In this document: piece after piece, positions 29,101-39,155 of the stretch
Layout: each line of letters opens with the position of its first letter
Position numbering within the stretch: the stretch's first letter is position 1
Source of the DNA: an uncultured Prevotellaceae bacterium
Lineage (GTDB): Bacteria > Bacteroidota > Bacteroidia > Bacteroidales > Bacteroidaceae
DNA: 64,000 nucleotides
Reading direction: 5' to 3'
Assembly (NCBI GenBank): GCA_902761605.1
Contig: CACWLC010000008.1
Coordinates: 45,956-109,955, forward strand
Notes under the pieces: model-generated
Seen by the model: only the letters and a program-made list of their open reading frames with translations
The model's database searches: none
Told to the model about the DNA's origin: nothing
Made by a program: the position numbers and the translations under genes

Positions 29101-29730
29101 ATGGAAATCAAGAATCAATTCGCAAAGAAGCTGATGGATATCAAGGCCATCAAGCTGCAGCCCAACGAGCCTTTCACATGGGCTTCGGGGTGGAAGTCAC
29201 CAATCTATACCGACAATCGCAAGACACTGTCGTTCCCACGTCTTCGCTCGTTCGTAAAGCTCGAGCTCTGTCATGCCATCCAGGAGAATTTCCCTGAGGC
29301 AGAGGCTGTGGCAGGAGTGGCTACTGGCGCCATCGCACAGGGAGCCCTCGTTGCCGAGGAGCTGGGACTGCCATACAGCTATGTCCGTCCGAAGCCAAAG
29401 GATCACGGCATGGGCAATCAGGTGGAAGGAGAGATTGAGAAGGGTGCGAAGGTAGTTGTGGTAGAGGATCTTATCTCTACCGGCGGTTCTTCGCTGAAGG
29501 CTGTACAGGCTCTGCGCGACTATGGTGTGGAGGTAATCGGTATGGTGGCATCGTTCACCTACGGATTCCCCGTTGCCGAGAAGGCTTTCGAGGAGGCTGG
29601 CGTGAAACTCATCACACTGAGCAACTACGAGGCAGTGATTGAGGAAGCTGCAAAGACAGGCTATATCAAGGAAGAAGACAAGGCTGTGCTCGCTGAATGG
29701 CGCAAGAGCCCAGAAACGTGGAAAAAGTAA
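29101..29730 (+). CDS. pyrE: Orotate phosphoribosyltransferase
   Basis: FTWASGWKSPIY and VVVEDLISTGGS motifs. Confidence 0.97.
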   Translation: MEIKNQFAKKLMDIKAIKLQPNEPFTWASGWKSPIYTDNRKTLSFPRLRSFVKLELCHAIQENFPEAEAVAGVATGAIAQGALVAEELGLPYSYVRPKPKDHGMGNQVEGEIEKGAKVVVVEDLISTGGSSLKAVQALRDYGVEVIGMVASFTYGFPVAEKAFEEAGVKLITLSNYEAVIEEAAKTGYIKEEDKAVLAEWRKSPETWKK

Positions 29731-29757
29731 AAAAGTAAAAAGGTAAAAGGGTAAAAA

Positions 29758-30189
29758 ATGGGATTATTTGGAAGTGAAAGCAAATTTGAGAGTAGTGTGA
29801 AGCAGATTCCCTACCCTCAACAGGCTGTATATGATAACATCAGCGACCTGCGTAACCTCGAGAAAGTACAGGACCGTGTGCCAGAGGATAAAGTCAACGA
29901 CTTTAAGTATGATGAGGATACGGTGAGTCTGAACGTTGCCCCTGTGGGAGAACTGAAACTGCGTATCTGTGAGCGCGAGGAGCCAAAGTGCGTGAAGTTC
30001 GAGACGGTGCAGTCGCCCGTGCCTTTCAACGTTTGGGTTCAGGTGTTGCCGTTAGACGAGAACAACTCAAAGATGAAGGTTACTGTTAAGGCAGAGCTTA
30101 ACCCATTCATCAAGAGCATGGTAGAGAAACCACTTCAGGACGGAGTAGAGAAAATCGCCGATGCCTTGGCACAGGTGCATTATGTATAA
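29758..30189 (+). CDS. SRPBCC/polyketide cyclase family protein
   Basis: Size, AVYDNISDL start, C-terminal helix; usual pyrE neighbour in Bacteroidales. Confidence 0.7.
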   Translation: MGLFGSESKFESSVKQIPYPQQAVYDNISDLRNLEKVQDRVPEDKVNDFKYDEDTVSLNVAPVGELKLRICEREEPKCVKFETVQSPVPFNVWVQVLPLDENNSKMKVTVKAELNPFIKSMVEKPLQDGVEKIADALAQVHYV

Positions 30190-30211
30190 GGAGTTAGAAG
30201 TAGTTTGAGGT

Positions 30212-31543
30212 ATGAAACTTTGGGAGAAGAACTTTGAGATAAATAAGGAGATAGAGAGGTTTACTGTCGGAAGAGACAGGGAGATGGATCTCTATCTGGC
30301 CAAGTACGACGTGTTGGGTTCGATGGCCCACATCACCATGCTCGAGAGCATCGGACTGCTTGAGAAAGACGAGCTTACGGCACTCTTGGCTGAGTTGAAG
30401 AACATCTACCAGTTGGCAGAACGAGGCGAGTTTGTCATCGAAGACGATGTGGAGGATGTGCACTCTCAGGTGGAGATGCTGCTCACCCGCAAACTCGGCG
30501 ACATGGGTAAGAAGATCCATTCTGGCCGCTCACGCAATGACCAGGTGCTCGTAGACCTCAAACTCTTCACCCGACATGAACTGAAGGATATCGCTGATGA
30601 GGTAAAGATTCTCTTCGATGAACTCATCGCCAAGAGTAATCAGTATAAGGATGTGCTGATGCCTGGCTATACCCATCTGCAGATTGCGATGCCATCGAGT
30701 TTCGGACTCTGGTTTGGTGCCTACGCAGAAAGTCTTACTGACGATATGCTCTTCCTACAGGCAGCATATAAGATGACCAACCGCAATCCTCTCGGCTCGG
30801 CAGCTGGATATGGCTCGTCATTCCCCCTGAACCGTACGATGACAACAGAGTTGCTCGGTTTCGACTCTATGGACTATAACGTGGTCTATGCCCAGATGGG
30901 ACGCGGCAAGATGGAGCGCAATGTAGGCTTTGCCATCGCCACTATCGCAGGTACTCTGGCTAAGATGGCTTTCGACGCATGTCTTTTTAACTCACAGAAC
31001 TTCTCGTTTGTGAAGTTGCCAAAGGAGTGCACCACCGGTTCTTCAATCATGCCTCATAAGAAGAATCCGGATGTGTTCGAGCTTATCCGCGCGAAATGCA
31101 ATAAGCTGCAGTCGCTGCCTCAGCAGGTGATGCTTATCATGAACAACCTGCCAGTAGGCTATTTCCGTGACCTGCAGATTATAAAAGAAGTGTTCCTGCC
31201 CGCCTTCGACGAACTGAAAGACTGTCTGCAGATGGCAGCATACATTATTAATAAGATAGAGGTGAACGAGCATATCCTCGACAACCCGATGTACGATCCG
31301 ATGTTCTCCGTAGAGGAGGTTAACCGTCTGGCTGCCAACGGAATGCCTTTCCGAGATGCCTACAAGAAGGTGGGTCTCGACATCGAGGCAGGTACCTTCA
31401 AGGCCAGCCACGATATCCATCATACCCATGAGGGCTCTATCGGCAATCTCTGCAACGATAAGATTCAGGCTCTCATGCAGCAGACCCTCGACGGATTCCA
31501 TTTCGAGCACATGACTGAGGCAGAGCAAGCCTTGCTTAAGTGA
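30212..31543 (+). CDS. argH: Argininosuccinate lyase
   Basis: HSGRSRNDQ, MPGYTHLQ and GSSIMPHKKNPD motifs. Confidence 0.97.
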   Translation: MKLWEKNFEINKEIERFTVGRDREMDLYLAKYDVLGSMAHITMLESIGLLEKDELTALLAELKNIYQLAERGEFVIEDDVEDVHSQVEMLLTRKLGDMGKKIHSGRSRNDQVLVDLKLFTRHELKDIADEVKILFDELIAKSNQYKDVLMPGYTHLQIAMPSSFGLWFGAYAESLTDDMLFLQAAYKMTNRNPLGSAAGYGSSFPLNRTMTTELLGFDSMDYNVVYAQMGRGKMERNVGFAIATIAGTLAKMAFDACLFNSQNFSFVKLPKECTTGSSIMPHKKNPDVFELIRAKCNKLQSLPQQVMLIMNNLPVGYFRDLQIIKEVFLPAFDELKDCLQMAAYIINKIEVNEHILDNPMYDPMFSVEEVNRLAANGMPFRDAYKKVGLDIEAGTFKASHDIHHTHEGSIGNLCNDKIQALMQQTLDGFHFEHMTEAEQALLK

Positions 31544-31549
31544 AGAATT

Positions 31550-32119
31550 ATGAGAGCTCTTTCGTCGACTCTATTTTTTATTTTTTATTTTTTATTTTTT
31601 ATTTTGTTTTCGTCCTGCGAGGTAGAGAACAACATCAGCCGTGATTACCGTTGTCTCTTCGCCTTCGACACATCGCTGCACCCTATTCCCTGTCAGCTTA
31701 CCGGCATATTAGGTAATCCAGGACATTTCTGTAAGGTTGAAGCGTCAATGGTAAATGGAGTGAGGCATCTGAAGACCACACGTAACTATGACGGAGCGAC
31801 AGAGGACATAACCATAAGTACTGAGAGGGAGAGTCAGGCAACAATCGTACTTGGGGCAAACAACAGCATCATCATCGGTACTGTCAGCTATGACAACCGC
31901 CTTGTGGCCTACGACGGACAATGTTCAAACTGTCTGAAGGAACTCAACGGGACTAGTTATCCGCTTACCTGGAAGAACAACGGTCTACAGTTGCATTGCG
32001 CCAAGTGCGATCGCTCTTATGATGTAAATAATGGTGTCATTGCTTCTGGCAAAGGAGGCATCCAGCTACTCACATATTATGCCCGATTAGACGGTGCCGT
32101 TCTCCGCGCTTGGAACTAA
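31550..32119 (+). CDS. Lipoprotein with Rieske-like CxxC...CxxC region
   Basis: FSSC lipobox; AYDGQCSNC and HCAKCDRSYD. Confidence 0.6.
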   Translation: MRALSSTLFFIFYFLFFILFSSCEVENNISRDYRCLFAFDTSLHPIPCQLTGILGNPGHFCKVEASMVNGVRHLKTTRNYDGATEDITISTERESQATIVLGANNSIIIGTVSYDNRLVAYDGQCSNCLKELNGTSYPLTWKNNGLQLHCAKCDRSYDVNNGVIASGKGGIQLLTYYARLDGAVLRAWN

Positions 32120-32200
32120 AATCAGCGATATTATCTAAATAATTGATAAAAAGTTTGGCTATTTGGCGAAATAGCCGTACCTTTGCACACACAAAACCAC

Positions 32201-32286
32201 GCCGCAATGGTGGAATTGGTAGACACGAGGGACTTAAAATCCCTTGGCCAGTAATGGCTGTGCGGGTTCGAGTCCCGCTCGCGGCA
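32201..32286 (+). tRNA. tRNA-Leu (TAA)
   Basis: D-arm GGTGGAATTGGTAGACAC, anticodon arm AGGGA-CTTAAAA-TCCCT, long variable arm, GGTTCGAGTCC T-arm. Confidence 0.95.
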
Positions 32287-32306
32287 CCTTAAATATTATT
32301 ATTTTT

Positions 32307-33980
32307 ATGCATAAAAAACATTTTTTCCTCCTATCAGTTGCTTCAGTGATGTTTTTCACTTCATGCTCAAAATTGGGCCCATTGTCAGCTGATAACTTTA
32401 CTGTGACTCCTAATCCGCTGGAAACTCAAGCCGGCACTGTTCCTGCAACCATCAATGGCCACTTCCCAGAGAAGTATATGAAAAAGAAGGCTGTTGTTAC
32501 TGTCGTTCCTGAACTCCGTTATTCTAACGGTAAGATAGTTCAGGGTAATACCGCTACGTTCCAGGGTGAGAGTGTGCTGGGTAACGACCAGACCATCTCA
32601 TATCGTCTTGGTGGTAACTACACCATGAAGACCAACTTCGCATACGCAGACGACAATAAGGCCGACATGTACCTTACTTTTAACGCGCGTATAGGAAAGA
32701 AAGTTGTTCAGGTACCTGAGGTAAAGGTGGCCTATGGTATCATCGCCACATCAGAGCTTTATAAGAAGACCCTGAATACCGCTCAGGCAGCTATCGCCCC
32801 AGATGCTTATCAGCGTATCACCAAACAGAAGCAGGAGGCAAACATCAAGTTCCTTATCCAGCAGGCAACACTGCGCAAGAGCGAACTGAAGAACAATTCC
32901 GTTCAGGAGTTTGTTAAGATGCTTCAGAAGATCAATGCCGACCGTGAGGGTCTGAACCTCGAAAATGTGGAGGTTTCTGCATACGCTTCTCCCGATGGAG
33001 GTTTCAGCATCAACGACAAACTTGCTGCAGAGCGTCAGAAGGTTTCTGAGAAATATGTCAGCGACGAGTTGAAGAAGATCAAGCTCGATGCCAACGTAGA
33101 TGCAAAGTACACCGCTCAGGACTGGGAGGGATTCCAGGAGTTGGTTAAGGCCAGCGATATCCAGGACAAGGATGTCATCCTGCGTGTTCTCTCAATGTAT
33201 AAGGATCCTGAGGAGCGTGAGCAGCAGATTAAGAATATCTCTTCTGCCTTCCGTGAGCTCGCCGATGGTATCCTGCCTGAGCTGCGCCGTGCACGTCTTA
33301 CCATCAACTACGAGACAGTAGGCCGTAGCGATGAACAGATTCTTCAGCAGATTAATAACGACGCTACAGAGCTGAGCGTAGAGGAACTTCTCTACGGAGC
33401 TGCACTTAAGGAAGACCTCAACGATAAGGAGAAGATCTACGATCTGACAACAAAGATTTATCAGAACGATCCACGCGCTTATAACAATCTGGCTACAATC
33501 CAGTACGCACGTGGTAATTACGATGCAGCCCGTCAGTATATCCAGAAGGCTCAGAGTCTGTCATCTAACCTCCCAGAGGCACAGGCTAACCTCGGTATGC
33601 TTGCTCTGAAGGCAGGCGACCTCAAGACAGCAGAACAGTATATCGCTGCCGCCACAGGTGCCAACGGTCTTGGTGAGGTGCTTGGCAACCTACATCTGGC
33701 TCAGGGCAACTATGCTCAGGCAGAACAGGATTTCGCAGACATCTACTCTAACAGCGCTGCCCTCGCTCAGATTCTGAACAAGAACTACGCTTCAGCAGCT
33801 GTAACACTGAAGTATGTGAAGAATGCAGATGCCGCTACAGAGTATCTTAAGTCTATCCTCTCTGCACGTATGGGCAACCTCGATGATGCAGCAGAGTCAC
33901 TTCGTAAGGCTTTAGCCAAGGATCCATCAATGGCAAGCTATGCTGCCAACGATCTGGAACTGACGAAGGTGAAGAAATAA
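32307..33980 (+). CDS. OmpA-like/TPR lipoprotein
   Basis: FTSC lipobox; AYASPDG..NDKLA..R; AYNNLA TPR repeats. Confidence 0.8.
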   Translation: MHKKHFFLLSVASVMFFTSCSKLGPLSADNFTVTPNPLETQAGTVPATINGHFPEKYMKKKAVVTVVPELRYSNGKIVQGNTATFQGESVLGNDQTISYRLGGNYTMKTNFAYADDNKADMYLTFNARIGKKVVQVPEVKVAYGIIATSELYKKTLNTAQAAIAPDAYQRITKQKQEANIKFLIQQATLRKSELKNNSVQEFVKMLQKINADREGLNLENVEVSAYASPDGGFSINDKLAAERQKVSEKYVSDELKKIKLDANVDAKYTAQDWEGFQELVKASDIQDKDVILRVLSMYKDPEEREQQIKNISSAFRELADGILPELRRARLTINYETVGRSDEQILQQINNDATELSVEELLYGAALKEDLNDKEKIYDLTTKIYQNDPRAYNNLATIQYARGNYDAARQYIQKAQSLSSNLPEAQANLGMLALKAGDLKTAEQYIAAATGANGLGEVLGNLHLAQGNYAQAEQDFADIYSNSAALAQILNKNYASAAVTLKYVKNADAATEYLKSILSARMGNLDDAAESLRKALAKDPSMASYAANDLELTKVKK

Positions 33981-34020
33981 ACCATTTCAAATAAAAAATA
34001 TAAAATAAAAAATAAAAAAT

Positions 34021-35106
34021 ATGGGTAGGCGATATGGAAAAGATGGGAAAGAACGTCAGGGTAAGGCTTTGGCGGGCTGGCTCCATCGTATGAGCGCTCC
34101 TGTATTTTTTATTTTTTATTTTTTATTTCTTATTTCCCTCTTCTCCTCATGCGGCTCCGAAAGCGGATATTTCCAAATTAAGGGCGAGTTCAAGGGATTC
34201 AGTCAGGGAGAATTCTACGTTTATAGCCCTGACGGTGGAATCAGAAGACTGGATACTATAAAAGTAAAAAGTGGAAGATTCACCTATCAGGTTCCGCTCG
34301 ACACAACTGCCACCTTCGTACTTGTGTTTCCTAACTATTCAGAGATTCCTGTTTTTGGTGCTTCAGGAGAGAAAGTGGAAATAGAGGGAGACGCATCCCA
34401 TCTGAAGGAGATAAAGGTGATGGGAACCGAGGAGAATGAGCTGATGACGGCATTCAGGATGAAAATCAGCAATATGACCCCTCCTGAGGTTACCAATGCC
34501 GCTTCAGACTTCATACAAAAGAACCCCACTACCCTTGCAGCCATCTTTGTGCTCACCAAATATTTCATCCAGGCAGAGCCCGATGACCATCAGATGACCT
34601 TCGCACTGGCGAAGAATATCCAAAGTGCTAGTCCTCAGAACAAGAGCATCGCTAAGATTGTGAGTTATCTGGAGGGAATGAAGAACCTACGAGACAAGTC
34701 CATCATACCAAAGTTTGCTGCTACCGACATCAAAGGCAAGCCAATATCCAATTCCGATCTCTACGCACCTGTGAACGTTATCACCACATGGGCTACATGG
34801 AACTATGAAAGTATGAATATCCAGCGTCAGCTGAAGCAGATGGAGAAGGAAAACGGTGTCAGCAAACTGAAAATCGTAAGCATCTGTCTTGATGCCAGCG
34901 ACAAGGAATGCCGTAAGTTTATGGACCGCGACTCCATCACATGGAGTAATATCTGTGACGGTAGGATGTGGGATACACCAGCCCTCGTAAAACTGGGCCT
35001 CACGAAAGTGCCCGACAATATAATAACAGACAGCAAGGGCAGGATAGTAGCTCACTCGTTGCCTGTAACAAAACTAAAAGAAGAAATCGAAAAACTTATG
35101 AAATAG
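34021..35106 (+). CDS. DUF4369/thioredoxin-like (TlpA-like) lipoprotein
   Basis: FSSC lipobox; WATW, VSICLD and VPDNIITD thioredoxin-like fold without CxxC; start may be 34090. Confidence 0.7.
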   Translation: MGRRYGKDGKERQGKALAGWLHRMSAPVFFIFYFLFLISLFSSCGSESGYFQIKGEFKGFSQGEFYVYSPDGGIRRLDTIKVKSGRFTYQVPLDTTATFVLVFPNYSEIPVFGASGEKVEIEGDASHLKEIKVMGTEENELMTAFRMKISNMTPPEVTNAASDFIQKNPTTLAAIFVLTKYFIQAEPDDHQMTFALAKNIQSASPQNKSIAKIVSYLEGMKNLRDKSIIPKFAATDIKGKPISNSDLYAPVNVITTWATWNYESMNIQRQLKQMEKENGVSKLKIVSICLDASDKECRKFMDRDSITWSNICDGRMWDTPALVKLGLTKVPDNIITDSKGRIVAHSLPVTKLKEEIEKLMK

Positions 35107-35135
35107 ACACAATAAAAATCAAAAATCTATATACT

Positions 35136-36683
35136 ATGCTTGTTAAAACATTCTGTGCAGCCGTGATGGGGCTGGAGGCAACTACCATCACAATCGAAGT
35201 TAATATGACCCGTGGTGTCATGTTTCGTCTCTCTGGTCTTGCAGATACAGCAGTAAAAGAGAGTTATGACCGTATCCGGGCGGCTATGGATAACATCGGA
35301 TTCAAGCCGCCTACTGCCGACATCACCATCAATCTCTCACCAGCAGATATCAGAAAGGAGGGCACGGGCTATGACCTGCCTTTAGCTATCGGCATACTTG
35401 CCGCTCATGGCAAGGTTGACTGTGAAAGCCTTGGCGATTATATGATGATTGGCGAGCTTGGTCTCGACGGAAATATGAAACCCATTAGCGGTGCCCTTCC
35501 GATAGCCATTCGTGCCAGGGCGGAGAAGTTTAAGGGGTTGATAGTACCTCTAGAGAATGCCAGGGAAGCAGCAGTCGTGAATAATCTCGAGATCTATGGG
35601 ATGGATAGTCTATCGGATGTTGTCTCATTCTTTAATGGCGAAAAAGAGAAATACCAGCCAACGATTGTAGACACCCGTAAGGAATTCTACGAACAGCAAT
35701 ACGCCTTCGACCTTGATTTTGCAGAGGTAAAAGGGCAGGAGAGTGTCAAGCGTGCCCTCGAAGTAGCAGCTGCGGGGAGTCATAATGTTATTCTTATCGG
35801 CCCGCCAGGCAGTGGTAAGTCGATGATGGCCAAGCGGTTACCCAGCATATTACCTCCTCTCTCACTTGCCGAAAGTCTGGAAACCACTCAGATACACTCC
35901 GTTGCTGGGAAACTGCCTGCAGGTACATCGTTGATTTCGCAACGTCCTTTCCGTAGTCCTCATCATACTGTATCACAAGTAGCGATGACAGGTGGAGGCG
36001 TAAAAGCCACTCCTGGCGAGGTGAGTATGGCACATCATGGAGTCCTCTTTCTTGATGAATTGGGAGAGTTTTCCAAAGCCACCCTCGAGGTGCTTCGTCA
36101 ACCCCTGGAAGACAGGAAGATTACCATCTCAAGGGCAAAATATACGATTGAGTATCCGTGTTCTTTTATGTTTGTTGCCTCAACAAACCCTTGTCCATGT
36201 GGGTACTATGGCGATCCGACACATCATTGTGTATGTACCCCAGGACAGATTGCAAGATATTTCTCAAAGTTCAGCGGGCCGTTGATGGATCGTATAGATC
36301 TTCAGGTTCAGTGCGCGGCATTAAGCTACAAGGATATCTCTAATACCGCTCCAGGAGAGTCGAGTGCATCCATCCGCGAAAGAGTCATCAAGGCTCGTCA
36401 GATACAGGAGCTACGATATAAAGACTATAGCGGGATATACTGCAATGCCCAGATGACCGAGAAGATGATACACGAGTTTGCCGAACCCGATGAAGCAGGT
36501 CTCAGCATGCTTCGTATGGCAATGGAACGTCTTTCACTCTCTGCTCGTGCTTATAGCCGTATCCTTAAGGTGGCAAGAACCATTGCAGATCTTGAAGGCT
36601 CAGAGAGAGTACAGTCCCAGCATATCGCCGAAGCCATCAGCTATCGAAGCCTTGACCGAGGCGACTGGGCGGAAAGAGGGTAG
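35136..36683 (+). CDS. comM: YifB/ComM Mg-chelatase-like ATPase
   Basis: INLSPAD, GPPGSGKSM, RPFRSPHH, LFLDE and NPCPCG motifs. Confidence 0.92.
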   Translation: MLVKTFCAAVMGLEATTITIEVNMTRGVMFRLSGLADTAVKESYDRIRAAMDNIGFKPPTADITINLSPADIRKEGTGYDLPLAIGILAAHGKVDCESLGDYMMIGELGLDGNMKPISGALPIAIRARAEKFKGLIVPLENAREAAVVNNLEIYGMDSLSDVVSFFNGEKEKYQPTIVDTRKEFYEQQYAFDLDFAEVKGQESVKRALEVAAAGSHNVILIGPPGSGKSMMAKRLPSILPPLSLAESLETTQIHSVAGKLPAGTSLISQRPFRSPHHTVSQVAMTGGGVKATPGEVSMAHHGVLFLDELGEFSKATLEVLRQPLEDRKITISRAKYTIEYPCSFMFVASTNPCPCGYYGDPTHHCVCTPGQIARYFSKFSGPLMDRIDLQVQCAALSYKDISNTAPGESSASIRERVIKARQIQELRYKDYSGIYCNAQMTEKMIHEFAEPDEAGLSMLRMAMERLSLSARAYSRILKVARTIADLEGSERVQSQHIAEAISYRSLDRGDWAERG

Positions 36684-36752
36684 TACCTCGGATATGAAAA
36701 TAATTCGCGTTTTATTTTGCATTTCGCTCAATTTGCACTATCTTTGCACCCA

Positions 36753-37178
36753 ATGAACGAAGCAAAGTGTACAGGACTCCTTGAGGAGCATGGAATAAAA
36801 CCTACAGCCAACCGTATAGTAGTGCTGAAGGAGTTGGTGAAAGCCCTTCACCCAATAACGCTGTCGGAATTAGAATATAAGATTCTGAGTATCGACAAGT
36901 CGAACATCTTCCGTGCCCTCACCCTGTTTAAGGAGCATCATCTGGTACATGTCATCGAGGGTGGCAGCGAGGGTGTGCGCTATGAACTCTGCCATAGCCA
37001 TGATAACGACCACGATGAGGATATCCATCCGCATTTCTATTGTGAAGAGTGTCAGCAGACCTTTTGTCTTGACTATACCGAGGTACCGAACGTGAAGTTG
37101 CCAAAGGGCTTCGAACAGAAATCTGCAAACCTGATGATAAAGGGAATTTGTCCGGACTGCAAGACAAATAAGAAATAA
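36753..37178 (+). CDS. Fur family transcriptional regulator
   Basis: GIKPTANR, HPHFYCEEC and GICPDC motifs. Confidence 0.9.
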   Translation: MNEAKCTGLLEEHGIKPTANRIVVLKELVKALHPITLSELEYKILSIDKSNIFRALTLFKEHHLVHVIEGGSEGVRYELCHSHDNDHDEDIHPHFYCEECQQTFCLDYTEVPNVKLPKGFEQKSANLMIKGICPDCKTNKK

Positions 37179-37200
37179 AAAATATAAAATAAAAAATAGA

Positions 37201-37887
37201 GTGAGGGGGATTAAAGTAATTGCATTTGATGCTGACGACACTTTATGGGACTGTCAAGGATATTTTGAGAATGTAGAAGAACATCTCTACAGTCTTATCC
37301 GTCCCTTCTGCGAGAATCCAAAACAAGAGCTCTTCGATACAGAGTCTGCTAATATGGAAGACCTCGGTTACGGTTGTAAAGCCTTTACCATCAGCATTAT
37401 TGAGACAGCATTGCGAGTAGGCGGTAACGATATCACCTCTACAGAACTCTCCGACCTGTTAAAAGACTGCAAGCGTCTGCTCCATCTTCCTGCTACCCCA
37501 TTGCCAGAGGTTGAATCAACCCTTAAAACCCTCCACGACAGCATCGACACAAGGTTGGTGGTCTTCACCAAGGGAGAACTACAGGATCAGGAAAACAAGT
37601 TAAAACGTTCAGGGCTACTTAAATATTTCGATGATGTGGAGATAACTTCCGACAAGAGCCAGAAAGAATTTCTTGCCCTCTGCGAGCATCAGGATATCCA
37701 TCCCTCGGAACTCCTTATGATAGGCAACTCACTGAAAAGCGATATCGCCCCTGCTCTTGCTATCGGAGCCTGGGCGATACATATACCTTTCCATATCACA
37801 TGGCAGCTGGAACATTTCGATGACATCGACCATGAACGCCTCATCAAGATCCAGCATTTCAGCGAGATCCTAAAATACCTCTTATAG
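37201..37887 (+). CDS. HAD family hydrolase
   Basis: FDADDTLW, TKGE and MIGNSLKSDI motifs. Confidence 0.9.
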   Translation: MRGIKVIAFDADDTLWDCQGYFENVEEHLYSLIRPFCENPKQELFDTESANMEDLGYGCKAFTISIIETALRVGGNDITSTELSDLLKDCKRLLHLPATPLPEVESTLKTLHDSIDTRLVVFTKGELQDQENKLKRSGLLKYFDDVEITSDKSQKEFLALCEHQDIHPSELLMIGNSLKSDIAPALAIGAWAIHIPFHITWQLEHFDDIDHERLIKIQHFSEILKYLL

Positions 37888-37892
37888 AGTAA

Positions 37893-39155
37893 TTACCATT
37901 TGTCCTTTGTCTGTATGTCATCCGCCCAACGGTGATCTTTTGGGAACGGCTGACCTCCCCAGGCTTTTACCTGTGTCCAAGGCTGAGGAGCATCAGTCCA
38001 GAAAGGATGGTCTGCAGGCAAACCTAAAGGCATAAAGGCCAGACTGGTCATGTAAAGAGAGCCATTGTTGGTGTACCAGTCAGCTGTCTCAGGCTGAGAG
38101 CCACAGAAGCCGATAGTAAGATATCCCGCATCGTTGAAGTTCTGCTGGGTATCAAACATACGATGCAGAACCTTTGTCAGAGCGGCTCGCACCTGTCCAT
38201 TGCTCAGGTCTGATGGCAATTTCTGATACCAGGCCATAAGAGCCAATGGTTGCATGGCTGCCATACGATAAGGCGTAGAGCGTCCTATAACAGGGAAAGT
38301 ACCTTCTGGAGAGATAAACCTCTCAAGGATAATGGCGAACTTCTGTGCACGTTTCAGGGCACGATCGTGATATTTCTGATAGTCGAGGCGAGAGTTATAC
38401 TTGGAATCCACCATCGCCTGCAACGTCTCCAGATACATCGCGTGGAATACATAGCTACTGTAATAATCAAATGCAAACACAGGGCCGTCGGCATACCAGC
38501 CATCACCAACATACCACTCCTCTACCTTACGGCAGGCCGTATTTACACGAAACTCATCGAACTGGGCTCCTGCCTTTGCCAACAGACTCTCGATGGTAGA
38601 TGAGAAAAGGAACCAGTTGGTGTATGGCGGATCTATCCTACGCATATTCTGAAACTCCTTAATATAACGCTGCTTTGTCACATCGTCAAGTGGCACCCAT
38701 AGCACGTCCCATGCACGGAGGAACGATTCTGCAATATATGCGGCATCCACGAGATTCTGTCCGGATCTCCCCCAGCAGAGATAGTCTGGCGACTGCGGAT
38801 CCACAGAGTTCTTATATGCTGCCAATGCCCACTCACGTAGCTGTCGGCGCTGCTGTCCTTCGGCAGTTTCGTCATCAGGCAGTGTGAGCCAAGGAGCGAT
38901 ACCTGCCATCAGTCGGCCGAAGGTCTCCATATAGACTACGCTGCGGTCGCGATTGTCGAACGAGGGCGAGAACTCGGTCTTCATGTTTTTCTGCAGCTCG
39001 CCCTTGGACATGTTCTCCAACACGGGCTGAGCCATCTTGTATGCCTGTGAGCACCAGTATTGGCGATCTGTCTGCTCTATTTTCTTTGTCTTCTTTGCTT
39101 GGATAGGTATTGCAATTATCAGTGCCAATACCAACAGGGATGTAATTCTTCTCAT
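37893..39155 (-). CDS. DUF2264 family protein
   Basis: METFGRLMAGIAPW, YVGDGWYADG and GRSTPYR motifs. Confidence 0.85.
   Translation of the reverse strand: MRRITSLLVLALIIAIPIQAKKTKKIEQTDRQYWCSQAYKMAQPVLENMSKGELQKNMKTEFSPSFDNRDRSVVYMETFGRLMAGIAPWLTLPDDETAEGQQRRQLREWALAAYKNSVDPQSPDYLCWGRSGQNLVDAAYIAESFLRAWDVLWVPLDDVTKQRYIKEFQNMRRIDPPYTNWFLFSSTIESLLAKAGAQFDEFRVNTACRKVEEWYVGDGWYADGPVFAFDYYSSYVFHAMYLETLQAMVDSKYNSRLDYQKYHDRALKRAQKFAIILERFISPEGTFPVIGRSTPYRMAAMQPLALMAWYQKLPSDLSNGQVRAALTKVLHRMFDTQQNFNDAGYLTIGFCGSQPETADWYTNNGSLYMTSLAFMPLGLPADHPFWTDAPQPWTQVKAWGGQPFPKDHRWADDIQTKDKW

Noticed and set aside
32201..32286. tRNA-Leu as an integration site
   Set aside because: No duplicate of its 3' end or integrase noticed; flanking genes look like backbone. 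The single A-C acceptor mismatch is not enough to call a pseudo-tRNA
34021..34032. 12-bp match ATGGGTAGGCGA shared with prmC 11719-11730
   Set aside because: 12-mer matches are expected by chance in 64 kb
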